DNA of 64,000 nucleotides from Adineta vaga (GCA_021613535.1 CP075495.1:9548001-9612000), one strand, 5' to 3'; shown: positions 43,501-56,633, numbered from the stretch's first letter. The notes: generated by a model from the letters alone, not told the origin. Numbers and translations are program-made.

Positions 43501-44368
43501 TGTTTCAAGTAATTGATTAGATCTAAAACAAAGCAAATATAAATTCATAATGCGTATAGGATTTCTTCTCAGTAGAATCGATTAACATACTGTTATTAAA
43601 TTCAATTAACCAATGTGTCGTATTAATCAATAAACGTTGATTTAAATCTGTTTGTATTTCAATACTATTCCATGTTGATTTAAATAATATAATCGATGGA
43701 ATGTCAGTAAATATAAATTCGACACCTTCACAATTGATTCGCATATCCGAACTATGAAAGATGATACAATGAAAGAGATTCAAAGCAGTTATTTTTCCAC
43801 ATACTTTGTATTATTTGGAACAGCAGCTGGTTGTAATGAAATGCGTTGAAAAGAAATGTGAGCATTTTGATATTCAATTTGTAATTGTTCAATACGAATT
43901 GAAAGATACTAAATGAAATCTTTCGGTTTTTTTAATCATGAATGTTTGGAAAAAGAATTTCTTACTTTAAGTAAAGATAATCTCGTTTTCCATTCTGTCT
44001 TTGATTTCAATTTTGTAACATTTTTATTTGTCTGTGAATGAATTGTCAAATGAATATTATTGAGTACTATTTGTGGTATACGTCCAAGAAATATTGAAAA
44101 TAAAGAAAGAAAATTTGCATATTTAATACGAAGTTGAAATCGTTGATGATTTATATCAAGCTTTTGTACATCACCAAAACTAAGTGAACTAAAATGAATC
44201 CGAATTTGATGAAACCAATTTAAATAAATTAGAAATAAACTAGAATAAACAAACATAATTCAATTGATATGTTTATAAATATTATCTCTACCGTATAGAT
44301 AACCATAGAATTAAAAATATCAAACCAAATCCAAGAAGAAAGAAACCAAAAATTCCTCCGAAAACCAT
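34556..44368 (-). CDS. BLTP2: Bridge-like lipid transfer protein 2 (KIAA0100/Hobbit/FMP27 family), many exons
   Basis: N-terminal TM anchor MVFGGIFGFFLLGFGLIFLILWLS; LSPLKFYHD, LPWWDKIRLYLHGR, HDSYALYRSHHL, IVNNLLLYVEPKK, GIAVKEH, FQYIKIPEV motifs; ends RRKDT*. Confidence 0.88.
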
Positions 44369-44758
44369 CTTCTTTTTCTGATCATATGGAATCAAAAGAA
44401 TCGTATATATGAATGATTCACTAACTACATATTTTCTTAGAGATTCATTCGCGTCTGAACCATTCGTAGCGACATAGATGTCACTTATCATCGGAAATAA
44501 ATAATCTGAATTTTTTTCTTTAATAATCATTTGAAATTTGTCTATTTAGAAGATTTTCATTATTTTACAAACGTAACTAGAAAAAACAAATAAAAAGTTT
44601 TGTTTCTGAAAATCCAATAATTCTTGAAAAATTTGATTGGTTCAAAATGATTTTGAGTTTGTCTACATGTTTATTTGGTCTTTTTCTTCGAGTCGAATTA
44701 ACTAGAAATAATAATTTTAATTCTCTTGTAGATTATTCATTGGTGAATTTAATTACAT

Positions 44759-45185
44759 ATGGCTACAAAAGATCCAACAACTGGAAAAGTTCCAGCACAA
44801 GCTGGCGCTGGTGAACAACAAGAATATAGAATTCGAATTACATTAACATCACGAAATGTAAAATCATTGGAAAAAGTCTGTGCAGATTTAATTCAAAAGG
44901 CCAAAGATGAAGAAATACGTGTTAAAGGACCTGTACGTATGCCAACAAAAGTTTTACGTATAACAACACGTAAAACACCTTGTGGTGAAGGTTCAAAAAC
45001 GTGGGATCGTTTTCAAATGCGTATTCATAAACGTGTTGTTGATTTACATTCAAAATCGGAAATTGTTAAACAAATCACATCCATTAGGTAAGAGAAATAT
45101 CTCTTATTTCATTGAATTTTCATTCAATATTTTATTTAGTATTGAACCAGGTGTAGATGTTGAAGTAACAGTAGCCGATTCATAA
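44759..45185 (+). CDS. RPS20: 40S ribosomal protein S20 (uS10), 2 coding exons
   Basis: [22 protein letters not shown]...[25 protein letters not shown]...[13 protein letters not shown]. Confidence 0.98.
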
Positions 45186-45444
45186 ATGATAAAGAAAAAA
45201 CGAATTGGGATATTGAAGAAAAGATATTAACATCCATCTTGGCTTCTATTTTCTCGTTGTTTTTGTTGAATTTTATATCAAAATAAAAAAACAACAAAAT
45301 TTCATAACAACCATAATAAGAAATGAATTTCGTATTAAACTATTGTCATGAATGACGAAATATTCTGATTCATTTAGAATGTATATTTATTGCCGAAGAA
45401 AATAATGGAAACACTCGTGATTTTAGTTAACTTTAGTACACAAA

Positions 45445-45528
45445 CTAGATTAAATATTTAAAAATAACAACAAATCCAGCTGCAGCACCGGAAAGAAGTG
45501 CACCAGCTACAAATAATCCAGCATCCAT
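45445..45528 (-). CDS. Putative 27-aa single-TM microprotein MDAGLFVAGALLSGAAAGFVVIFKYLI
   Basis: ATG..TAG ORF that is GC-richer than its flanks, AG acceptor 2 nt upstream of ATG, AATAAA on minus strand ~55 nt downstream. Confidence 0.55.
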   Translation of the reverse strand: MDAGLFVAGALLSGAAAGFVVIFKYLI

Positions 45529-46330
45529 ATCTAATCGACAGTAGAAAGTAAAATATTTTATAATATTAGACAGACTAGTTTTGTCTTTTGTAATTCGTAT
45601 TTATTGGGTGTATGAAATGTATGAAGAGGTGACAGTTAAAACAATATATATATATATATCGATACGACTAAGGAAAAATACAAAATCATTTATTGCTTGA
45701 AGAAGTTTTCTAAATTCTTTGAGTATAGCTTCTCTTTTTCCTTTTAATAATTTCAATGAAAAGCTCATCATTCAAAAAGTATATTAACTCGATCTACATA
45801 GCGGAATCAATCAATAGTAACGATGGGCTTTTTCTATTATAAATAGAAAATGAACGTTCTTGAAAATAATTTTTATACTATTTTCTGCACATGTACAATC
45901 CAAATAACATAATAAAAGCAGACTAAGAGTGTCATGCAATCCTTAGATTATGTCAAGCAAAAAACTTTCCATCGACTATTGATACTGTCAGATAAATTTA
46001 GAAAAATGTTATGTTGTCTCTTCATAAAGAAATGCAAGTATATCTTCACAATTAGATATGTCAATAGTTCTTTCTTCATTCCATTCAAATAAACTATAGT
46101 ATACAGTTCAGAAATCAGTACAGGCGTTTTTTTGTACTCTTAAATTATATAAACATCTAATTATCGTAGTAGTCGTATTCTTCTGTTCGAAATAACGAAG
46201 GAAATGCAGTCCTGTGTAATTTCAATGGCCTCTTTCATATTTTTAGACTATTTTGCATGAATAGGAATTCATTAAAGATAAATGTGTTGAGTATATAGAA
46301 TCAATGTAAAAATCTTGCTTTTGAATTAAA

Positions 46331-47422
46331 TTAATAAGCATTATTTCTAAGATTTTTTCGTCGTACATTTTGATAGTCTATTATTTGTGTTCTATCCATA
46401 CCATTCTGTGTAAATGTTCCGCCAAAACCTAGCGTTATTGATGGTTTAAAAAGATTTTTACCAGTCAAAAACATTAAAACTCGGTGGATTATTTTCAATA
46501 ATTCTGTCCGGAAAATTTTTGCTGAAAGTGTATAAAAGAAAAATCCAAGTGTATGGGAACCATACGATACTAAACGTAGAATTCCAATTAATAAACTATA
46601 TCGAGCTTTTTGTAAAGATGTTTGTTGAGTTTGAGATGTAAATGTTTCAACTAGTTTTTGTATTGCGAATGGTAATGTGAAAATAATAATAATTAAGACT
46701 TGAAAAAGAAGCATTATTAATAATTGTGTATCACGTCGTCTAATTGAATATGATTTCATGTGTTTATTTTCCTTACTTGTTGGAATAACTAAACGACGAT
46801 TTCGTCGAATATTTTTCAATGTCAAAAGGCCAAAAATTAACATCAAAACAGGTGGTCCTAAAGCATAGAAACTTAAATACTGAAGATCGGATAGCAGACG
46901 ATAAATTCCCGTTAGAGCATAACATGAAGCTGCTAAGGAAATGGAATTAATTTGAATCCCAAACCAATATAAAACATGAGCATAAGCGATAAAACAAACT
47001 ATACATGTAATTAAACTTATTCGACGAGTAAATGACACTCTATTGAAACGTTGTTTAGCATGCATACTCGATAACCAACGATCCATACATGCTAAGACAA
47101 TAAACCATGTTGATAATGTTCGAGAATAATACGTTAAAAAATATCGAATTTTACAAAATATATCTGAACGAAGACTCATATCATTTCCGTAACCATCGGA
47201 AAAAATTCTTGTAAGAATTACCCAATATAAAACAATAAAATTTGATAATGTATTGTATAGCAAATATTGTACACATGAATTATTCCAGAGACTTCGACGA
47301 GTAAAGATAAGCACATTTAATATTAAACCAATTGTACCAAAGAAAAGAAATCCTATTGGAAAATATCGATTTATTTGAATATTAACATAACTTAACCATT
47401 CTATCTCGAGAGATGAAGACAT
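46331..47422 (-). CDS. Intronless rhodopsin-like GPCR of a lineage-expanded family
   Basis: GTIGLILNVLIF, FCKIRYFL, LACMDRW, PPVLMLIFG, TLPFAIQ, FFFYTL; likely start MSSSLE at 47422. Confidence 0.88.
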   Translation of the reverse strand: MSSSLEIEWLSYVNIQINRYFPIGFLFFGTIGLILNVLIFTRRSLWNNSCVQYLLYNTLSNFIVLYWVILTRIFSDGYGNDMSLRSDIFCKIRYFLTYYSRTLSTWFIVLACMDRWLSSMHAKQRFNRVSFTRRISLITCIVCFIAYAHVLYWFGIQINSISLAASCYALTGIYRLLSDLQYLSFYALGPPVLMLIFGLLTLKNIRRNRRLVIPTSKENKHMKSYSIRRRDTQLLIMLLFQVLIIIIFTLPFAIQKLVETFTSQTQQTSLQKARYSLLIGILRLVSYGSHTLGFFFYTLSAKIFRTELLKIIHRVLMFLTGKNLFKPSITLGFGGTFTQNGMDRTQIIDYQNVRRKNLRNNAY

Positions 47423-50283
47423 CAGTGTATCTATTACAATGTAAAAACTGAAAATGTCGTCTGCATCAATGCTTAACTTGACTTTCCCTGTCACCTAAGA
47501 TTATCCATTCTTGTCATGCTGTGTTATATGAAATTATAGTTCTTTCAAAATCATATTCTATCAAGTGTACTAGAAGGAAGATTAAAGATGAGATTACTGT
47601 TATCTAAAAGAAATTCATTTCTTGCATAGTGCACAGATGCGTCACTTTTGTTTCTTAAATCATTATATTGTTTGATGACATCCTAGCATAAAAACGGAAA
47701 TGGATTTTCATTTATTTGCTGTCTATCAAGAAGTAAATACTTTAGAAAAAGAAAATCGACATGCGTTTCTATACAAAAGATCTTTTCATTAATCTTTTAT
47801 CCGAAAAATCTTTGTTACTTGACAATTTAATTATAAAAATATTGAATAGAAGAATAATAAAGTCTTGATAGTTCTGATTTTGAAAAGATAATCTTGTGTG
47901 GTTCAATCAAATCCAGAAAAAAAGTTTATCAAGTTTATTCTCTTGGATCTTGTTCTCTCAAGGTAAATAATTCGAAAGATTTTCTTTCAGAAAATGCCAA
48001 TGAATAGGCATACTAAGTTATATATAGTAACTACACGATAAAATACCTCGATCGAACTAAGTATATCTCTTCATCGACAATCCTATTTACATTTTCTTAA
48101 TTGTAAAACCTTTGCGTGCATTGCAAATATTTATCATAGAAAATAGCTCAACGTAAATTCATCTTTCAAATTAAAAACTTAATCGTGATAATTGTAAAAA
48201 GCAGAATAATTTTACAAAGAAAAAACGATATAGGCCAACTTTTAAACATGATCACGAATAACAAATATTATATTAGATGTTGTTTTTTTCTCTCTTCATC
48301 TTCATTCGTTGACGATGTAGTATTCATTAACATAGAAGCTAATTACTATGTTAATATTTTTTCTTTTTTTGTTGACATTAGAGAATTGAAACTATATTTC
48401 ATCGAAACTATTATTTTTCAGTATTAAATTCATAAATATTAAACATAGAAGAATGTTCTTTATGAACTCAAACATCAATATCTACTTTAGAGTTATCTCA
48501 TGTTATGAGAATCAACAAATGAATTTCCCTAATGAATTGTGAACATGGATAAATATGAAGACATTATTATTAGATCAAGTTTAATTCACGATGTATTTTC
48601 TAAATCTATTGATCGTTTTGCACAAATTTGTATCATTTATCTAATATATGACCAGAAGATTAGTAGAATTTGATTACTAAGAAAAAACATTTCATTAAGA
48701 TACTTATCATAATGTTCTTCGAATATAACATATGTGAAATATTAATTATTTAAGAATATAAATGAAATTGAATGCTTTTATTTCATACATATATACGCAA
48801 TAAGTATATGAAAAAAAATAATGACGTCGTTTTTCTTTCCATAAGTCATATAGTCATTATCGATTCTTTTAGTTTAATCGACTGCATCAAGTATACTTGA
48901 ATGATCATTCTCATCTACATCATTAACTTGAATTGATAGTTTTGTTTATCGATATGATTTTATACTCTATGTTATCTCATTCGATTGTTTAACAGATACG
49001 TTTGGAATGCAGAAGTAAATACAACAATTGGGTATTTGACTTTAAATCGCTTTACGATTAATGAGTAAGGACACAACAATTTTTGTATTTCAGAAGATTT
49101 CTACGACGGAAAAATGAGTTCTTCAATGCATAAAAAACACATTCAGATAGAAATAGATTCCTTTTTTTTTCTTCTTCAGTATAATAGTACTTCAAGGACA
49201 GTAAAGGAAAATCAGTATGTGAAGCGTTTCCCATACAGCAACTTCATTGATTCATGTAGCGAAAAATCATGACAAGAAATTTAGAATATCTCAATATCAA
49301 TCTGGTGGCTAAGAATTAATTACTGTTCTCTGTAGTAGAATCGTTTAATGTCTAAACGGGAGATGAACATTTCTGGAACTTACATAATTTCCAGGGAGTT
49401 TTCTTCTTCTTTCAATTTTCTATAGCAAACATGCAGAAATGTTCTATTAGTTAGTTGGATGTATTTTTATTGCTTTTTATCTAGTTTTTTTGCTTTTCCT
49501 TCACAAGCAATGACACTACTGATTAGATTGACGGATATTTCTCGTTCCTCTTTTTTTCTTCCTCTTTTGTCTTACAGTTAACCATGAATAGACTCGAATT
49601 TAGGCAGAATGAAAATTTCTTTTCGTGCATCATTCGCTAACTAGTTTTGTTTTTGTAGATAGAACATATTTGCAAAGATTTTTTTTATAAATCTCTTTTG
49701 TTTCATGTTACAACTTGACATGCAACATGTTACTTACAACTAAAAAGAAATGCGGGTTAAGTATATCTTTCACTTCAAATGAGAGCATTGTTTTGAGTCC
49801 GTTATGAGTTAGATATGTAAAAAATTTCTCGCGTAAAAATCGAGATTTTATGATAATAATCTCTATTAACCAGAATTTAAGCCAGAGAGAACAGAAGATA
49901 TGTAAACATCCTGTTTTTTTATATAAATTTTGCTTTTACTTTTATTTTTCTCTCGAGTATGACTGAAGAGAAAAGTTTTCTCACTGGAATTACACACTAC
50001 TGTGTTACACGCTTGATCAACAATATAATAATTTTTCAAAAGAATGAAGTACCCTTTATCATTCGCAGCTTTCTCCTATTTTGAAGCATTACTACATATT
50101 CAATTACATTTCTTTTGATTACTTAAGATAATTATTTTACCATGGTAGTATTTCCTCTAATAGTTTAAATAGGTTTGCATGCATAAATAAATACGCTAAG
50201 AAAATTCATACTCTAGCTTTTTCTTCATCGTGTTAGATGTTAACTAATTTGTATCTCAATCTTAGTTTTAGGATATATAATCT

Positions 50284-52069
50284 ATGGCAGCTAATGTCAC
50301 TCTTGATTCTAGTCGTGATCTTCGACATACACGATTAATTCTTTTATCGGTACTTTTTCTTGTCGGTCTCACTGGTTGTTCAATTGTTATTTATTGGTTA
50401 ATACGTTATGCAAGATGGAATATGAGATCAGCTCGTATTTGTTCGCTTATATTGAATTTAGTTATTGCTAATCTCTCTGTATATATATTTGCAACGGGCA
50501 TTCAAATATTCTGGGAATTTCAAACGAATCGACAATGGCCATTTAATGATTTTCTATGTAAATCAAAAAATTTTCTTATTTAATTTTGAAAATCATTGGA
50601 TGAGAATACTATATTTAGGTCGAATAACGAAATTTTTTCAAAGTTTTTCCATTCTTTCTGCAACTTATATTGTCGTTTTAATGGCTATTGATCGTTGTGT
50701 TGCAATTGTTACACCATTAAAAGCTGGTAAAATTCGTGTAAGTCATTATTTTCTTTTTATCATTCCAATCGAAAATGTATTTTATTTATTTCAATAGGTA
50801 TTCTATCTTTGTGGTAGTGCATGGTTTTTAGCTGGTCTTCTATCAACACCAAATATTTTTATATTTCATTTACATATTGATAGTACAGGTCGTCAATGTA
50901 CAGCGGGTTTCAATCAGCATTCGACCCGTACGGGACGACGTATTTATTTAACATTCATAACTCTCGTTGTTTATTTTATACCATTTCTTGTTCTTGTTCT
51001 TTGTTATACATTGATATTTATTAAGTTATTATGGCGTGAACATGATCAACAAAGTCGATTTTTTACACCAGCATCATTTTGTTGTCCATGCTTGTTTGAT
51101 ATGAAATCGAATGGTACATCAAAGATTACGTTAGAAACAACAAATACACGATCAGGATCTACACGTTCATCATTTACGGAATTTGATGCCAGACGAAAAC
51201 GTGCAAATACATATGCAAAAGCTCGAACAAAAACATTTCGAATGGTACGTAGACATTTTCTAATAAATTTACGGGGTATTGAGATAAGATGTATGACGTA
51301 GGATTGAAAATCATGTCAAGAGATTTAAGAATTTAGTGATGAAAAGTAATCCGCTCGTTTAATCTTAAGAAAACTTTTAATTTAGAAAAAAATCAACTCA
51401 GCAGAAGAGATTTCTTATATATATATATACGGTCAAACTAATCGCGCGTAGAAAAACCTTTACTCTATGTATTTAAAATTTTTACTAATATTTTTAATCC
51501 TCTTACTAACTATATGAATGATCTTCTTAACGATAAAAGTAGTTTCATCGACATTGTTTTGTTGGATTACGGTTTAAAATTCTGGATATATATTATAAAT
51601 GAGCTTTACTTTTTATTTTTAGATCATCGTTCTTGTTCTCTCTATGATCATATTTGGTGCACCCTATTATTGTTTGGAATTATATGTCGCTTATACAGGA
51701 CGACAACCAACTGATTTAGTAATAGCTTTAGCTGGTGGAGCAGCTGTCGCTCCTTCATCATTAGATCCATGGATATTTCTTTTATTTTGGGCTAATTGGA
51801 ATCAACCAGCTAATGCTGGTAGTAGTCGTCGATTAGGTAATATAAGTTTACAACAAAAACAACAACAACAGCAACAGCAGCAGCAGCAACAACAACAACA
51901 ACAACAACAATGTATACAAGTACGGCATACTATGCGAGCAAATACGACCGGTACATCATCATCAAGTGGTCAACGTCAACATCAACATGTTGTACTTGTT
52001 GGTCAATCACCATTACCACCATATACGATCAGATGGAATACAACTAATAAAAAACAAAGTTTATTATAA
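50284..52069 (+). CDS. Neuropeptide receptor-like GPCR (vasopressin/GnRH/CCAP-receptor superfamily), 4 exons, polyQ tail
   Basis: NLVIANL, QWPFNDFLC, VLMAIDRC, STPNIF, AKARTKTFRM, GAPYY, LDPWIF. Confidence 0.75.
51851..51910 (+). repeat. CAA/CAG trinucleotide repeat encoding polyglutamine
   Basis: Direct read; QQKQQQQQQQQQQQQQQQQQ. Confidence 0.9.
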
Positions 52070-53110
52070 AATATATTACCTTTTCTCAACGAAGAAAGTA
52101 AATCTTCAATAAATGATAATTGTCATATTGTTTAATATATTTTTGATGTTTCAAAGTTTCATACGAATTCATTCAATAACTTTTCAAACAGAATGTCAAT
52201 AATATAAATACTTGAAAAACTGTATGATAAATAACTGTTTGTATCTTGTAATCATATGGAGAAGCATCAACATATATATCTTATTCAGTTTGAAAAGGTA
52301 ATTTCTACACTTTAACGATTATGTTTGAGCCTGTAAATAAGTCATTATACCTCATATTCGCCATATGTATGCCATTTACATCCATACATTTGTTCCAATA
52401 ATACATCTGCCTCGGTTATTGAACTTCAGAATAAAAGTCTCTTATGTCAAATTCAATTATATGGTGAAAGTACTTAGAATTAGAGAAGAAAACGGGGCGT
52501 GTCATGTAGACTAATATGAATATGAATAAAGTCAGAAAACTCTTTTGTTTGATAAACGATCAAGGCACAAACACATTTCCTGACTTCAGCATGTCATTAT
52601 ATGCATTAATAAGATCTATTTATGAATCTGGCCTAATTTTATATTGAAAGTTCTTTTGAATATCATTTCTAATTCTTCCTCGACCTATTTTTCAGGAAGT
52701 TTTTCAGAAATAGAAACTTGTCTTGTCGTACCTGGTCAGTAGATTGAATTATTAGGATTTTCTAAATATAAATCTCAGTGTAACATTTCTCTGTTATTTT
52801 CGTAATGTTTTAATAATTTACCAGAACTGTGTAACCTTTTCTTATTTCAATTATATAAAAATTAATTTCCGGAAAACTGAACACTGCTGACGTATCGATC
52901 AGATACTCTTTTTAATAAATTTAAGTTGATCAAATAACTAACAACCGGAAATGACGTACATTTATCTGCAATTTCATTAAACATGTGGGTAAAGACGTTA
53001 CTTCTGTTTTTCAAAATTGATTCATAATTGAAAATGAAATATTCGCAGTTACATTTTTCACTGCACAATATAAAACCCTATGAAATCATCGACTGACATC
53101 ATTTTAAATA

Positions 53111-53704
53111 ATGAATAGTTTTCAGATATTCTCGATAGTTTTCTGTTTAAACTTTTCAACTCTTGCAGCATTTAAATGTTCATCCAATTCACAATTTTAT
53201 GTTGAATGTTCATCATTAAGCTCATTCAATGATTCAAAAAGATTCTGTTCACAATATGGAATGTCTTTGATAAATTTAACAAATTCAACTACGATATCTC
53301 CAATTATCAATCAAACTCTTACAGCAATAAACTGTACAGACTATTTCTGGTATACCTACGAGAATGATACAGGTCTTCTTGGCACAATCGATTCATTAGC
53401 TGGTGCTACTTTATGTTCAGTTATTCCTCTCTTAGGTCTTTATTGTATAACAGCATCGATTACACAGGCAGCCACAATTTGTCTACGAACTCAGCAAGTC
53501 GTAATTCTTCAAAAATGTATAAATAATGAAGTAAATTTACGTTATGACGTACAAAAATCTAAATATAGTCGAACATTAATGTATGCATCAGTATTTCAAA
53601 CCGTTCGATCAAATAGTCAATCACGATGTAATAGTCTCTGTTCAAAAATGAATCGATGTCTTGGTGTAACCTATGAAAATTCAAATTGTACACTTTATAT
53701 TTAA
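53111..53704 (+). CDS. Secreted Cys-rich protein: C-type-lectin-like domain plus C-terminal PAN/Apple-like module
   Basis: Signal peptide, SFNDSKRFCSQYGMSLINL...YFW, C-terminal CNSLCSKMNRCLGVTYENSNCTLY. Confidence 0.6.
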   Translation: MNSFQIFSIVFCLNFSTLAAFKCSSNSQFYVECSSLSSFNDSKRFCSQYGMSLINLTNSTTISPIINQTLTAINCTDYFWYTYENDTGLLGTIDSLAGATLCSVIPLLGLYCITASITQAATICLRTQQVVILQKCINNEVNLRYDVQKSKYSRTLMYASVFQTVRSNSQSRCNSLCSKMNRCLGVTYENSNCTLYI

Positions 53705-53745
53705 AGAAAATCTTTGTTCTTTTCATTGAACAAAAATAAAAACAT

Positions 53746-54659
53746 TTATAATAAATCTTGCGATGATTTGGCTTTTAATCTATATCGAAAAAATTCTAAT
53801 GTTATAAAATCACCCAGTGTTGTTGGATAAAGTAATGCTATTGATCGACATGTATGAAGATATTCACCAAAGCAGTATCCATTTTTGATATGTGCTAATG
53901 TCACATGATCTTCATGATATTGAATAAAACAATCCTTCTCTTTACATTGACTATCGAGATATTGTTCATGTAATGCATCTTGTACACATTTCCATAAATG
54001 TCGTTCACGAGCAGTTGGATGTAAATGTTGTAAACATTTTTCCATTAATTCAGTATTACGTACAAGATTCAATGCTTGACCATTGAGTATATAAGCATTT
54101 GCTTCTTGTTGTTCATGAACAACAATATATGGAAGTTGTGGATTGTATGAAGAAGTATTGAAAAGTAAAGATAATTTTTCTCGAAAAACAAATGTTGGTG
54201 CAGGTACAATAAGCAATTGATCATTATTTGATATATATTCGTATGATCCAATGGAATTACGAATTGCCACAAGAATACGTGTCCATAAATTGACGTAATA
54301 GGATAATTGTGGAACATCAAAATCTAGAAAAATAGAAAAGATTCTATTCGAAATAAAAAAAGGATAATCAATTTACCATCATCTGATCTTTGAATTCGTC
54401 GGAATCTTGCTACAGCAATTCTATAACAATTCTTAGCCCATGTTAGATTACTCAATTGAATAAATCGTTCATGTGATGAATGTGAATGTATTAAAATGCA
54501 ATAAAGACGTGAATGATTATCATATCGATTTGCAATTTCTTCGATTATATTTGAATCGGAATGAATGATTAAATATGAGATAAATAAAAAACTCAAAATT
54601 ATGAAACACAGTACATAACGATGACGGGAAATTCGTCGTCGTCGACATACATACAACAT
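53746..54659 (-). CDS. Type II membrane C1GALT1 (GT31)-like protein lacking DxD; 2 exons
   Basis: Basic N-tail plus TM, RLYCILI...LTWAKNC, TFVFREKL, YNPQLPY, AYILNGQAL; intron ~54323-54377. Confidence 0.6.
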
Positions 54660-54848
54660 GTTGCTGATGTGTAAATACGAGTAGTAAAAGAACGAACGAA
54701 TAAATTGCGAATTTTATTTCTCTTTCATCAAAACAAAATTCCATTGAAATGGAAAAGAAAAAAGTATAACTTGTCATCATTGTTTTTTCGTTTCAAATTT
54801 TTATTTTTCATAACAAAGAAAAGAAAAATACATGAGATTTTTATCCAA

Positions 54849-56239
54849 TTAAATTATACGCAATTCTGCTGGTTTACCCATTTTAATGATAAACTGTCTT
54901 TGTCCATGAATATCTTCATCTCGAACAATTATATTATGTAATTGTTCACGTTCATGTATATGTTTTTCTTCAATACATTCACCTTGTTCTCCTAACAACC
55001 AAATATCATTCCCATTTATAGTTAACCATGAACGATCATCGAATGGTGTTATATACATTCCTAATCCACCGGATTTTAAATTTACACCACGATACATTCG
55101 AACAAGTGTAAAATCAAATAAATCAACACGCCATTGTTCATTTGTCAGATGTGAATTTTTTTCGGTCTTTTGTTGTTTGATACAAATAGCTAAACATGTT
55201 TCATTCGCACGTATACAGGAAATAAGTCGATCATCAGATTCAAATATATCATGATACCATCTTTTAATTAATGAACCTGATAGAAATGACCATCGTTCGA
55301 TATTTGTACGAGAACCAGATGTTGTTAAAGCAAAAAATGCATCCGAAGAATTAGGAAGACAAGCAATCGATTGAAAATGACTACCTAACGAGAACAAATC
55401 AATAGATATAGCATTGGAATTTGTTTTCTCACCTGTACTAGGTTTGATTTGTTCAGTTTTATCTAATGTTGACATATGCGGATCGATAGTAAAAAAATGA
55501 ATGGATGATAAAACACAAAATTGTTCGAGATAATTTGAAAAAATCAAATCTTTAATTGAACCAATAAATGAATCGTCTTTTTGTTTTTGCCATGGAATTT
55601 CATTCATTCGACGTTGTTCATCAAATAAAACTAAATGATTATCATCTTCAATTAACATATGATTATCATTCGATACGGCTAAATAAGGTGAATGACATGA
55701 ATCAAGTACAAAACGACGTTTCGGTACAGAAATATTATCTAATTGAGATAATTCCATATTATCACGTTGAATATCTATGGAAAGAAAATAAAGATTAAAA
55801 TGAAATGTAAAATATATATTTTACTTTTAAGTATTTCAATTTGTTCAACTAATTTCTTTTCATCATTAGTTATTTTTGTTAATAATCGTCCGAATACTTG
55901 TAAATGTGAATCAATTTTAGTTATTTTCTTTTTTATATCAGTTAATTCTTGATCAGATAAATGTTTACGTCGTTCAATCATTGTTTTACTTAGATTTGGT
56001 ATGATATCTTGTCTTAATACAGCTGAATGTCGTTGTTTTAATTGATTCAAACGGCCTGTTAATGAATCTAGTTTACTTGTTGTAGTTAAATGTATATTAT
56101 TTATTAAGGAAAACATTTCCGTCCGCCAATCATCCAAAGTACGACGTGAACTTCTTAAATCATTTTCGATTTGTAAACCATCAATTAATGTTAATAATGA
56201 ACGAGCACGTTCGTGCAAAAGTTGATCAGATACAGACAT
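54849..56239 (-). CDS. Uncharacterised protein: N-terminal coiled coil plus C-terminal beta-propeller-like region; 3 exons
   Basis: Two long adjacent ORFs joined by short introns; LDDWR...I..IH coiled coil, QWRVDLFD, RSWL. Confidence 0.7.
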
Positions 56240-56633
56240 TAAAAAGGAATTAATTATAATAAGATCTCGATGAGAAAAGGATTTATTTGCATTTAATGAA
56301 CAAACAAAACGAATTACCTTGTTCTGTGTGCACTTCAGCTTCACGTTTGTTTTTGATTAATTCGAAATGAATGAATGAATGAATCATACAAACCGACGTT
56401 TCATAGCGCTACTGTCAATGTTAATGTTGATTAGTTGAATTATTATTCCATTTCTTTACTATATTAATATATTTAAGTAGAAAAACATGTGAAATTAATA
56501 ATTGATTTTGATTGGTAACTGAAATATTCCTATCATATTATAGTCAAATGAGTACTTTACGTTTTAGTCTAATGTGAAGTCTTTTTTTTATCATTTCTTC
56601 AACATCCTCCTCGCTGTTGTCTTCAAAACGATC

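Noticed and set aside
48545-48672. Short ORF faintly resembling lineage F-box proteins
   Set aside because: Too short and the similarity is too weak to support
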